This document shows positions 22,810 to 36,300 of a DNA stretch of 64,000 bases, piece after piece. How positions within the stretch are numbered: the stretch's first letter is position 1; each line of letters starts with the position of its first letter. This DNA comes from Phoronis australis. Taxonomy: Eukaryota; Animalia; Phoronida. The notes beneath the pieces are model-generated. The model saw nothing but the letters and a program-made list of their open reading frames with translations, was not told the DNA's origin and made no database searches. The stretch covers positions 218,015 to 282,014 of the forward strand of contig NMRA01000203.1 in assembly GCA_002633005.1 (NCBI GenBank), read 5' to 3'. A program made the translations under genes and the position numbers.

Positions 22810-25800
22810 GTGAGAGCGTTTTCAGCAACAGTGGCTAGAAACCAGCCACAAACGGTGCCTTCATGATCAATTCATGAAGAGTTGATTTATGTGTCGGGCT
22901 CTAGATACGTAACATGTATGCATACGTATTTTGCAGATTCTCCCGTTAAATCCCAATGTTTAAAAGGGGAAATTTATGTGGTGAAGCTTTGCAAGTGTAA
23001 TGTTGCAGATCAGAGTACTGAGACTCGCTGGTTCCCTGCGTGCCGCTAGGTGGGGCGGTAGCCGCGCCAGCACGCAGGTATCACTTAATTTTCCTTGGTA
23101 ATTTTTTTTTACACCGGCGTTTCTGATTGGCTAGTCGAATTCTCAACAGGCAGCGCTTTACGCAAACAAACTGGCATGAGTGATGGACTGAAGTGTAAAT
23201 GGGGTCTGTTGTGCAGACAAATCGGTGCTCAGGAAATGCAAAGCCTAGAAATTGTGATTGCGACTTTTCGGAATGCATCTTTCTACTGTTGATGACTTTT
23301 GTTTACGATAGTGTCCTATATTCATACAGTATGAATAACACACCGGTTAAATCGGCCAGATGTGTGTACATGTATGTGCTTCAAGCACGGCGGCTATTAA
23401 ACACCACTGCAGAAACGAAATAGTTGCTGCGACACAACTTGCATGACAAGACTAAAAATCGTTCACAGTCCGCCATTTTATTCACGGTGTTGTAAAGCTA
23501 ACCAATGACTGTCGAGGTTACATCGACCAATGCTAAAGCGTGTGCCACTGTGTGATACCTGCGTGCTGGCTGGGCTAAGCACGCAGGGAACCAGCGAGAG
23601 TACTGAGACTGAGTAGGGAGCTCAGCCTCAGGCACAGTTGTTCATAGCCAGCCAGCTAGCTGTATGAAGACTATCGTCAAAATACATCTAGGTACCACTG
23701 TGTGTTGAGCTCCTGCAGACCTCGACTTTGCACACAGCCTAGGTTTTTATGCTCGTCACCTTGTAGGCTTGTACTGTAGTTGAATCATCATGGCGGGGGT
23801 GCCTGGTTGGGGGTGCATGCAAAATCTTAGAGTCAACCGACACTCACCGTGCCCATTACAGCTGGTTAAATCAAAAACAGTCTAATATACGTCATTTCCT
23901 TGTGTAATATTCCGCCTTTTGTAACTAAGAAAAGTATACTATATGTGTAGAAAATTTCCGTGTCTCTGGTGGTACTTGAACCCTTTTGCTCTGCTCGAGC
24001 GACGGTCAAGCATGTAAACTATTTGACCAAGAGGCAATTGCCGCTTGGCAAGCGACTCAGACAGGCTTTATCTGACTGTACGCGTTGTCACAACTGGAAG
24101 TCACTCTTCGCAACATATGTTGTCGTTTTGAAAACGGTATACGCTTGTGACACCCGCGTGTGCCATTTCCTAAATTCCTTGGACATCTCTCAACAGATGA
24201 TGACAGCATTGCAGCAACAAAAGTTGCTCTGAAATTTGGTTTGCTGGTATCAATATTCTAAAAACTTATAATGAAGTCAAACCAATCCCGATAATTTGTT
24301 GTGATGTGTGCGCAAACTCGTGATAGAACAGTTCATTGAAGACTATCAGCGAAAAAAGAAACTGGCCAATAGGTGACGCAATATTTCATGATGCCGAAAG
24401 CCGACGTAACAGATTGCTCCACAATTTTAGCAGCAGAATAATGGTAGAAAGCCAAATTTTGCAACACGGGTAAATAATTTAGATTAATCAATGAAGACTT
24501 TACCTTTTATAACATTAATTTTGTGTCAGATTTTATCTGGTCAGTGTTTTACCCACATATTTAGTATACAGCTTTGCACCAAGGTTAAGCTATTCACTAC
24601 TGCATACATGTTAACCAATACGGGAATAACGTATTCGCTACGTATTTTTGCCATTTATGTAGTGCTATGGTGTAGCATGGGCGTCGTAACACTGAAAAAA
24701 GTGGGGGCTATTGCCTCCCAGCCCCCCTGTGGTGCACTGCCAATAGACCATGGGCGTTGCAGCACTGAAAAAAGTGGGGGGTTATTGACCCCTCCAGCTC
24801 CCTATGGTGCGCTGCCCATGTGTAGTGCCAAAATGCTACGTATTTTCGGTAATTAAACGCATTGTTACCGATGTTCATAATAAAGTTTTCATACCTTTGC
24901 TTTGGTTTTTACTGGCAATCTCTTTTGTCAAAATAATGTCATATCACAAGCCAAAGGCGTTACCAAGGAATTTCACAACACTCATAGTTAATAGAATTGA
25001 TGTAATGCCTCTAATAGGTTAGGAGGTATGTACATGCAATGCATTTTAAGACATGACCATGTTTTGACTTGCTCAAGATTCTTAATGCTATTGTTTGCTC
25101 TGTTTTTTGTACAAAAATTGCGATGATTAAAGAAAAAAATGGTTGACATGTACGGTACTGTGCCAGTGTATATGTATATGTATGTTATGTAACACCATGT
25201 GTTGACTCAAGCATGCAGATAGAAAGGCTTCTTTGCCCAGAACATGTATAGAAAGTAGAATTTTGGACCCAGTAGAGACGGTGACCTTAGGCCTAGACCA
25301 GTATGTGTCATTAAGAAAATGCCCAACTCGCAATTGGTGAATTGAGTCAAATCTCAGCTCGCGTTTTGGAATTTGAGGTTACCAAAATTTTTAATGGTGT
25401 GTACAACCAATAGATGTTGCTTGTGATGCAGCCAATTGCGATGCTAACAGCAGCGGCGGGCAGACCAGGTCTAGTACTAGTAGGTTAAAACCAAAAAACG
25501 GTAAACAAACATGATTAACAACTAAAGCAAACCATCCACGCCCACAGACATTCACACATGCATACTTGTGGTGGGATTCATTTGCGGCACTGAGTTATCT
25601 CAAAATAAAAGCACCATAAGGGGCCAACTTTTATTGAAATCCTCAAACACTATTTTTTTTTTAAATATGTCTTTCAATTTTGAAAGATTCCCTTTTAAAA
25701 TATTACAGATTGGAATGTGTATTTTTAAAGTCACTGCCAATTGACATGAACTTTTCGTAATAGTACCATTAGATTTTTCAATTTTTATTGTCAAATTTGC

Positions 25801-28800
25801 TTAAAGGTTGTAATTATGAAGTTCTGTTGATGCACATTTCATTGTGAAGTATCAATCCATGATTCACAGTGACACGTCAAGGTATTGGCGCAGCATAGCT
25901 GGGGATCCTCTGCAGGCCACTTTTTGAAAGTAAAGGGGCGGCAGGGCGACACCCCGATGGGTTAGGGCAAACTACCAAGGGACGGCTCCAGCATTAGTGA
26001 GGTGGGAGGGGGACATATCTGGCGATGAGGGGGAGGGCTGGCGCTCAAAATTGAGCTGGCGATCGGGAGAGAGGATAACAACTTCGTCACTGAGGTACTG
26101 TAATATTTTCGGTGAATCATTATGAAAACATAAACCATTACTAGTTAGAGTTAACTTTAGCAAATAGTCTAAGGGTTCGATATACGGTCATCTAAAGTCC
26201 ACTCATCACCACTATTTCCTTCTTTCACTACTATTCCCCGCTGTTGCTAATTTAGCCTCAAGGTGCCGCGATTTTTTTCTTCATTACCATTCTCATGAAA
26301 AGCAGACGAGGAACCACAGGCCCTCAAATTTCACTTCGCCCAAGTCCACGACCTCTTGAAAATAACTCCCTCGCCTATGGAACAGCCGCCGTTCGAGAGT
26401 GTTATTTTTTAAATAGTGCCTGTGGATAAACAAGACGGGCAGATAGCGACAATAGTTTCCAGCGTTGAGCGCTTTTCTCTTGTTTTTTGTGCTGTTATGT
26501 TAATGAGACAGTGTTAGTTGACCTGGCTGACGTGGTTTTGCAAGCATGAGAACGGCATTGTCGTAAATTGAGGTCGCACTAGGCGAGTTGAGCAACGAAA
26601 AACTAGCATTTGGCAAGTAAGCCCCGAGCTCAGGTCGCCAAGGACAATTTCAGCTCACCAAATCTGACCCTGACCTAGACAGTGCCACCGTCTCTACTTT
26701 TTAATAAACTGTCTTTTACAGTGGAGACAGCGGCCATCCCAAAAGGCCTTCGTACACTGAAGCTTTTCGGTAAATTATGCCTCACACTGATTAGACTATC
26801 AAAGTCACGTTCCTGTACAAATCTTTTGCACATAGAGGGACACCTTGGGATGTCTTCCTTCCATCTCGAACAAATACTCCCTTAATCAAACTTTCTTTCA
26901 AGCAGTCCTTTGTTCTGTTGCCCAAATCGGCAAGTGACCATTTTACACTGCTCGCGCCACATCATGTAAAATATTTTTTTTCTGTGCTCACAATCCTATT
27001 ATTGAAGTGAACTTAATAGTTTATTCTTTATTACTTTTAGTTTGTTGTTGTTTCAGCCTATCCTCTATTCCTACTACAGAAGTTCATGCACATGGCGTGT
27101 TCGTATTGGTGAGTAACTAAAAGGGAAACAAGTGGTTGCTTGTATAGAATTGATGAATAAAGGGAATGAACACGGCTCATAACATCCCAGAAATGAAATC
27201 TTAAATGTTACAGTTAAGTGCATGTAACAACTTTGAAAAAAGTACAATATTTTGGCGTAATTTCTGGTTTTGAGCTGGGATTGTTTCAAATGCAAGATTT
27301 GACTTGGATTTGGAAAATGTGAACTTTAGTAATTTTTAAGCTTAGCGCCGTGGAAACTAATTAAGTTAGCATTCCCGTGTTGCCATTATGGCGTTTTTTC
27401 CACGCCCATCTTGCAGAGTCTTAGTTTTATATATTTACGTCATAATAAATGACAATATTCGCAATCCTCCTCTTGTTTTACTCTGCAACATAGCTCGTGG
27501 CGTACCCCGGGCAAAATAGATTACGATAAATTAAATTTAACTTGTTAAATGCATTTATCGTCATTATTTTGACATTTGTCTCTTTATTTTGATACCAGTC
27601 CTTAGGGTTTATTTTGCATTATTCATCTCTATTTATAGCCTCAAGGGCCTACTTTTGTTTTCATAAATTTCTCTACGCGACACCTGATTGGTCGCCCATA
27701 TTTCCTTTGTTCAGTTCAACGTGGTCTCTCTCATTCAGCCACCTACCTCGTCGTCTACAAGACCTACGTTCGTTCTCTGCATTTTTTCCCCACCCCCCAT
27801 CCCGGGTGTCAGTTCCACTTTCTCTTTTCTCATCTACATTTCCTGTTAGGTTTTTTCAAGTTTTGTGTTCATGTTCTGTACTTTTCCTTTAAGCCCTTCA
27901 GGCAGTTCTTTTGTTTTGTTCCCTCTTTCAGGGCTATTCATTGTACACGCCGGTGGGTGTTTTGTCCATGCCCATCTTGCAGAGTCTTAGTTAGTTTTAT
28001 CTATTTACATCATAATAAATGACAATATTCGCAATCCTCCTCTTGTTTTACTCTGCAACATAGCTCGTGGCGTATCTCGGGCAAAATAGATTACGATAAA
28101 NTACAGATTTTTCGAGTATGACATTGAATACACCAAAGCTGAGTCTGTACTCGAGTTGAGTATGAAGTGTGAGTTTGAGCATGATTCGAGTCTGAGTACG
28201 GAGATTGGAGACCGGGCCCAGAACAAGATAGGAACATTCTGAAACATGAGTGCATCATTTGTTAGCAGGAAAAGTACATTATGGGCCACATTTCAAGACA
28301 GAGAAAGAAGTATAGCTTTCAAAAACAGGTACGTGTTTTTGAAAAATACATCTTGGTGTTTTCCATGTGTGTTTCAGTATTATCACCAGCTGTTTTTTAA
28401 CTTGTTCAGCCCCTTGGCTGCCTAGGCCTTAGACAATACTGCTGACCCAGTAGAGATGGTGATCATACCATAGGTACTCCATATGTCGGATTCTTTTCGG
28501 CAAATTATGTTCCTATAAGTTTAGAAGTACCGCGTAGAGAGATGCCTCTGAGGAGGTCGTTAATGTTTTCATTTGTTCCCAGTTTAAACAAATACTCCTG
28601 CAATTCTGTGGCCGTCATCCCCTGCCGTAGTCTCAATTTTTTGTAAACATTAATTACTTAGGTAGCTACAATGATAATTAAATTAAAGTGCCTAAGTGGC
28701 CATCGTCGATGTCGAAATTTGAGGATGATGGAAGCCACTGTCCATTTCATCAAACGTCGATTACCTTAAGTGTAAATCGATTGACTATGGTTTGAGCATC

Positions 28801-31800
28801 TGATTTAAAAAAAAATAAATTTCAATCACTGCACTTGTATATTAGCTGATTTATTTTCAGTTGCATCAACTGATCTAATTATTAGATGATCAACATTATT
28901 AGGCTACAGATCAGATGGCATGTAAATTAGGCTGGTGGTGGATCAGTTCCTGATAAGTCCGTCTGAAAAAGTTGCATGCCAACTCACTCATAGTTGAATG
29001 TTAAATTAGTGTTAACAGTTCGGGTTATTTTTCAGTTGTACTTGTTTCGCAAGCAACAGCTCAGTCCAGAGCCCTGAATATGCAGATGAAATTCAAAGAT
29101 AAAGACCTTGTGTCTTGGAAGCCAAGTACCACAGATCATCATGCTATAAAAAATAGAAAGACAACGATTGTGAAGAGTGACGAATTCTGTTCTCAGAGAT
29201 GTTTTTCTGCAGTTTTGTTTGGAGTTCATTGAATCGAAGCTTCTAACACAAGGAGATGTCATTTGCCTTTCAAAATTAAAGCAAGACTTTGAAGCTGTTC
29301 TTCAGAAAGCTGGTGTGCAGAAAGTTATTTGGACAGGCAATCTTAAGAAATATTGTTGAAGCTACTCACTGCTGTAGTTTGTGCCCGACTAAGAGATACG
29401 AAAGTGAATTGAGCCTAGTGTTCAATAATTCACTTGCTGACTCTAATTAACACAGCCCATTATAACATATTTCGAATCCAACGTTTGCCCAAATAGTGCC
29501 CGCCTCCAAACAAGGACTTAGTGTTTGACCCTTCATTGCCTGCGGGCTAATCACCAGTGTGCAGTGCTGTACCCTCTCTAATCGACCACAGTTGGCTCCT
29601 TGGCAGTGGAGCTTTGCAGTTAATATGTATGACAATGACCGCATCTCCACTGACAGTACTAAACGATGAACACTGCAAAACCAAAAAGAACATGTGTGCT
29701 GGGAAACTGAGTTTGTGCTGCAATGCTGGGTCAAACTACAGAAATGTGCAGCTGTGACAACTGTAGTAACATCAGCAACACTGACTGCATAACATTGGAT
29801 AGTTCTTTGACAAGTCAACCCTAAATAGACCTCCAACCCCGTTATTTCCTTTTTTGTATTAAAAATTGATTTTATTTGTTAATTAAGTCATAAAAAGTAC
29901 ATACTTTGATCATTGTCATGTATTTGTCTCATACTGCTTGATAAACGCTGTCAGAATAATCTATTATTTTCATACAGTTGTTGTGCACATTCACAGAGAT
30001 CATTCAACTATATTGTTTTTGTACTATAACGTATTTCTGGTGTATTATGCAAACAAGCTGTATTTTACACCATTAGTATATGTTTTAGTCATTGAGGCAC
30101 AAATTTTGCCCAGTCTCAAGTGTTTTGTATTATTTTTGTTGCCTGACAATGCCAGAATAACTTCCTAGTAACATTCAGACTTAGTTTGCATTTTTGCCAC
30201 TAGGTGTCTCTTTACATTTTTTAAATTTCACTGTTTACGATTAATCTACAATAGTAAAACATGTAATGTGAGTGTAATATTGTTCAATACAATGGCACTG
30301 ATGGGACCATATTACTTGTTTTACAAAAAAGTCACCAAAACTGTTGTTTATACAAATATAAGTTTACTAAGCTCTTTGGTGATTATTAGGTAACTTCAAA
30401 CTCAAATTTCTCAAAAATGTGCAACTTTATATGTGGGAACTTTTTAGATTTTGAAAACATTCTAATAAATGAATTAAAAAAACACCAAAATAAAATTGCT
30501 CCCCTAAAGTACTCACAAAAACCATTTTCTAGAGGCCCTACAAAATCTACCGACTAATGATTAACAACTAAAGCAAACCATCCACGCCCACAGACATTCA
30601 CACATGCATACTTGTGGTGGGGTTCATTTGCGGCACTGAGTTATCTCAAAATAAAAGCACCATAGGGGCCAACTTTTATTGAAATCCTCAAACACTATTT
30701 TTTTTAAAATATGTCTTTCAATTTTGAAAGATTCCCTTTTAAAATATTACAGATTGGAATGTGTATTTTTAAAGTCACTGCCAATTGACTTGAACTTTTC
30801 GTAATAGTGCCATTAGATTTTTCAGTTTTTATTGTCAAATTTGCTCAAAGGTTGCAATTATGAAGTTCTGTCGATGCACATTTCATTGTGAAGTATCAGT
30901 CCATGATTCACACTGATACGTCAAGGTATTGGCGTAGCGTAGCTGGGGATCCTCTGCAGGCCACTTTTTGAAAGTAAAGGGGGGCGACAGGGCGACACCC
31001 CGATGGGTTAGGGCAAACTACCAAGGGACGGCTCCAGCATTAGTGAGTTGGGAGGGGGACATATCTGGCGATGAGGGGGAGGGCTGGCGCTCAAAATTGA
31101 GCTGGCGATCGGGAGAGAGGATAACAACTGCGTCACTGAGGTACTGTAATATTTTCGGTGAATCATCATGAAAACATAAACCATTAAGAGTTAACTTTAG
31201 CAAATAGTCTAAGGGTTCGATATACGGTCATCTAAAGTCCAGTCATCACCACTATTTCCTTCTTTCACTACTATTCCCTGCCGTTGCTAATTTAGCCTCA
31301 AGGTGCTGCGATTTTTTTCTTCATTACCATTCTCATGAAAAGCAGACGAGGAACCACAGGCGCTCAAATTTCACTTTGCCAAAGTCCACAACCTCTTGAA
31401 AATCACTCCCTCGCCTATGGAACAGCCGCTGTTCGAGAGTGTTATTTTTTTAGTGCCTGTGGATAAACAAGATAGGCAGATAGCGACAATAGTTGACCAG
31501 CATTGAGCGCTTTTCTCTTGTTTTTTTTGTGCTGTTATGTTAATGAGACAATGTTAGTTGACCTGGCTGACGTGGTTTTCAAGCATGAGAACGGCATTGT
31601 CGTAAATTGAGGTCGCACTTGGCGAGTTGAGCAACGAAAAACTATAGCATTTGGCAAGTAAGCCCCGAGCTCAGGTCGCTAAGGACAATTTCAGCTCGCC
31701 AAATCTGACCCTGACCTAGACAGTGCCACTGTCTCTACTTTTAATAAACTGTCTTTTACAGTGGAGACAGCGGCCATCCCAAAAGGCCTTCGTGCACTGA

Positions 31801-33315
31801 AGCTTTTCGGTAAATTATGCCTCACACTGATTAGACTATCAAAGTCACGTTCCTATACGAATCTTTTGCACATAGAGGGACACCTTGGGATGTCTTCCTT
31901 CCATCTCGAACAAATACTCCCTTAATCAAACTTTCTTTCAAGCAGTCCTTTGTTCTGTTGCCCAAATCTGCAAGTGACCATTTTACACTGCTCGCGCCAC
32001 ATCATGTAAAATATTTTTTTTCTGTTGTCACAATCCTATTATTGAAGTGAACTTTGTAGTTTATTCTTTATTACTTTAAATTTGTTGTTGTTTCAGCCTA
32101 TCCTCTATTCCTACTACAGAAGTTCATGCACGTGGCGTGTTCGTATTGGTGAGTAAATAAAAGGGAAACAATGTGGTTGTTTGTATAGAATTGATGAATA
32201 AAGGGAATGAACACGGCTCATAACATCCCAGAAATGAAATCTTAAATGTTACAGTTAAGTGCATGTAGCAACAGTAACTTGAAAAAAGTACATTTTTTTG
32301 GCGTAATTTCTGGTTTTGAGCTGGGATTGTTTCAAATACAAGATTTGACTTGGATTTGGAAAATGTGAACTTTAATTTTTAAGCTTAGCGCCGTGGAAAC
32401 TAATTAAGTTAGCATTCCCGTGCTGCCATTATGGCGTTTTGTCCATGCCCATCTTGCAGAGTCTTAGTTAGTTTTATCTATTTACGTCATAATAAATGAC
32501 AATATTCGCAATCCTCCTCTTGTTTTACTCTGCAACATAGCTCGTGACGTACCCTGGGCAAAATAGATTACGATAAATTAAATTTAACTTGTTAAATGCA
32601 TTTATCGTCATTATTTTGACATTTGTCTCTTTATTTTGATACCAGTCCTTAGGGTTTATTTTGCATTACTCATCTCTATTTATAGCCTCAAGGACCTACT
32701 TTTGTATTCATAAATTTCTCTACGCGACACCTGATTGGTCGCCCATATTTCCTTTGTTCAGTTCAATGTGGTCTCTCTCATTCAGCCACCTACCTCGTTG
32801 TCTACAAGAGCTACGTTCGTTCTCTGCATTTTTTTCCCCACCCCCCATTCCGGGTGTCGGTTCCACTTTCTCTTTTCTCTTCTACATTTCCTGTTAGGTT
32901 TTTTCAAGTTTTGTGTTCATGTTGTGTACTTTTCCTTTAAGCCCTTCAGGCAGTTCTTTTGTTTTGTTCCCTCTTTCAGGGCTATTCATTGTACTCGCCG
33001 GTGGGTGTTTTGTTCATGCCCATCTTGCAGAGTCTTAGTTTTATCTATTTACGTCATAATAAATGACAATATTTGCAATTCTCCTCTTGTTTTACTCTGC
33101 AACATAGCTTGTGGCATACCTTGGGCAAAATAGATTAGGATAAAATGTCTTAGTTACTTTCAAGACATCTGCAAAAATTGAGAACGTATGATTGCTATGA
33201 CCTACATTCTTTGACTGTCTTCAGTGGCACTTTCTCACGATCAAATTTCTTACATTTGACCTTGATTGAAATTGAAAAGTTACCAACGCACACACACACA
33301 CGCACACGCACACGC

Positions 33316-33351
<36 letters not shown>

Positions 33352-36300
33352 GATGCAACAGACTGGTATTGGCTAACTACTAATAAATGTGACAAGAATA
33401 TTGCATTTCCAATGAACAGCACATTCTCAATTTCTTTTCAGCCTTGGCGTGGAAGAATGTGGACTATGACTTCAGAGCTGTCCACTTGGCTAAGGGTGAA
33501 CAGGTTAGGTCTTAGAAGCATTTCAGACTATTTTGTACTTATATATGACTTTGTGTATGTGTGTGTATGTGTCGTGTCTTCAATGAAATATGTACATGTA
33601 TGTATATGTGAATATCAAGCGTATCAATAAAAAAGTTCTAATAATATTTTGAATGTGTTTTTAAAACTTCGCATCAATGAAATTTGTTGTATCCTTTTAC
33701 AATTTTTAGTCAAGTTTGTCTTTTAATCTTTTCCGATGCACTTCTGAAATTCCAGTTTTGACCAATCCAAATACATATAGTCTAGTTGCCAAAAAATTGA
33801 CACTGCAATGTTGTTACTTTAAATTTTTCTTGGAAATTTATTTTTTGTGGTAAGGAGAGCAACATTAACCTTTAGCATTTTTATGCCCCCACATATTTAT
33901 ACGTGGTCGCATATTGCCGTCATCTCTGTCTGGGCCTCCGGCGTCTGCAGTTGTATCTCCTAATCACCTCACAGGATCTTGATGAGATTTGGCAGATGTG
34001 TCCTATAAAGCTAATGACAGACGAGGACGAATTTCGGACCTCTCCGACTACTGGTGTTCCCCCTAGTGGCAATTTTAGTTTTTTACGCTTACTTCTATCA
34101 TTGGAAGTCCTCAACGGATTTTCATAAAATTTGGCAGTTAGGAATCTATTAGTGAGATGATGCCATCCTCCCATTTTTGGATTTGAGGTACTTTGCTCCA
34201 CCTAGTGGCCAATTTTACTGTTTTCGAATCTGTTTTTGGCGTCTGCCGATCTATCAACCAAACCGCTCTAGGGATGATTTTGAAAATTGGCATATATGTT
34301 CTTACTGTGAAGATGGCAGCTGACGATGATTTTCCGATGACTTGGACTACTATGGCGCCTCCTAGTGGCAGTTTTATTTGTTTTTGCGCCCATAGCTGTA
34401 TCTCTTAAACCCTTCATATATCTTGTTGAGATTTGGTAGATGTGTTCCCTTGAAGCTGATGACAAATGACAACAAATTTTGGACCACTTCGACTACTGGT
34501 GTGCCCCCTAGTGGCAATTTAAATTTTTTACGCTTACCTGTGTAGATTTGGAGGTCCTCAATGGATTTTCATAAAATTTGACAGTTAGGCATCCATTAGT
34601 GAGATGATGCCATCCTCCTGTTTTCGGGTGGATTCGGGGTACTTTGCGACACTTAGTGGCCATTTTTACTGTTTTCGATTCTGTTTTTTAGCATCAGCCG
34701 TTATATCAACCAAACCGCTTTAGGGATGATTTTGAAAATTGGCATATATGTTCTTACTGTGAAGATGGCAGCTGACGGTGATTTTCTGATGACTTGGACT
34801 ACTAAGGCACCTCCTAGTGGCAGTTTAATTAATTTTGTTTTGCGCCCATGGCTGTATCTCCTAAATGCTCTTACTACAGGATGTTTATTGAATTTTGCTG
34901 GTGTATTTTTATGAAGTTGACAATAGAGGATGATGACTTTGGGACGGATCGGTCTACCGGTGTGCCCCCTAGTGGCAATTTTAGTTTTTACGTTTACATC
35001 TGTTTCTTGAAAGGTCGTCAATTGATTTTCATAAAAATTGGCAGTTAGGCATCTGTTGGTGAGGTGATGCTATCATCCGGTTTTCGATAAAATTGAAGGC
35101 ATTTTGCGTCATCTGGTGGCCATTTTTACTGTTTTCGACTCTTGTTATTTGGCATCTGCCCCTCTGTCAACAAAACCACTCTAAGGATAGTTGTGGAAAT
35201 TGGCATGTATGTTTCTAATGTGAAGAGTAAATCTGACGATGATTTTCCGACAATATTATTTACTTTGATGCCTCTTAGTGGCAGTTATGTTTTTTTGCGC
35301 TTATCGTCTCTTAGTGGCAATTTCATTTTTTTGTTTTCTTCTGTTTTCTCAGAAGTTCCTTAACGGACTTTTATGAAATTTGGTAAATAGCTCTGATGAC
35401 ACACAAGTTTTTGGATAGATTTGACATATTTTGTACCATCTAGTTGCCATTTTTATGTTCCAAACAAACACCCCTAGAAGCTCACCATTAGTGGTGCATT
35501 CTTGGGCGTATTTCAACGCTCCGCGTTGCTCTTGTTTATAATTCACGATGGCATCATCCGCCGTCTTGGAAATTCGCCGGTTTTCATTTTCTGAACATTA
35601 AGGTTTATGAGATCTTGCAATGTATCATTCCTAGGTTTTATACAACTTGTGTATACATATATATAAGATATACATTGTACATATGTGTGTATTTGGGTAG
35701 CAGACCTTCTTTTGTACAGTCGTGTTTCATTGAAAAGTATTCTTAGCCTTAGATAGTTTGTTCAACAAACTTTTGTATTGGCCATTTTATTTTTTGACAA
35801 AGGTTTTTCAGGTGTTGTCTTAGAAAAGAGCAATTCCAGATGGTATTTAAAGAACCGATTAACGGATGTCATCAAAACTTGATACAGATATGTGTGATTG
35901 CAATGAGATGGACTACTCGTTTTTGGGGTTATTTGGCCATGGCAGCATTGTGAAAAGGGGCTTTCAAGTGTCGTTTGAGGGAAGAGAGTTTGCGGATGAT
36001 ATCTAGAGAAACAGTTGTCGGATTTCAATGAAACTTTATGTGCAGGTGTATTATGATCATGCATAAGCTTCTTGGGATTTGCAGGTGGATTTGATCACTG
36101 CAGCACTTCCTAGTGGTCATTTTGTTCTCAACAAGGGTTTTTTCAAGACGTTGTTTGAGGGAAGAGTATTTCCGGACGATATCTAGATAACTGATGGATG
36201 GATTTCAGTGAAACTTGACTCAGAGGTGTATGAAAATCGTGTGGAGGCTTTGTGTTATTTGCAAGCGGATTAATTTGACCTCTGCCACGCTTCTTAGTGG

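Larger units (their letters stand above)
25511..28100. repeat. ~2.6-kb block duplicated at 30557-33143 (includes GSTZ1 exon 2)
   Basis: High identity with scattered substitutions and small indels; copy 1 ends at the N at 28101. Confidence 0.95.
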
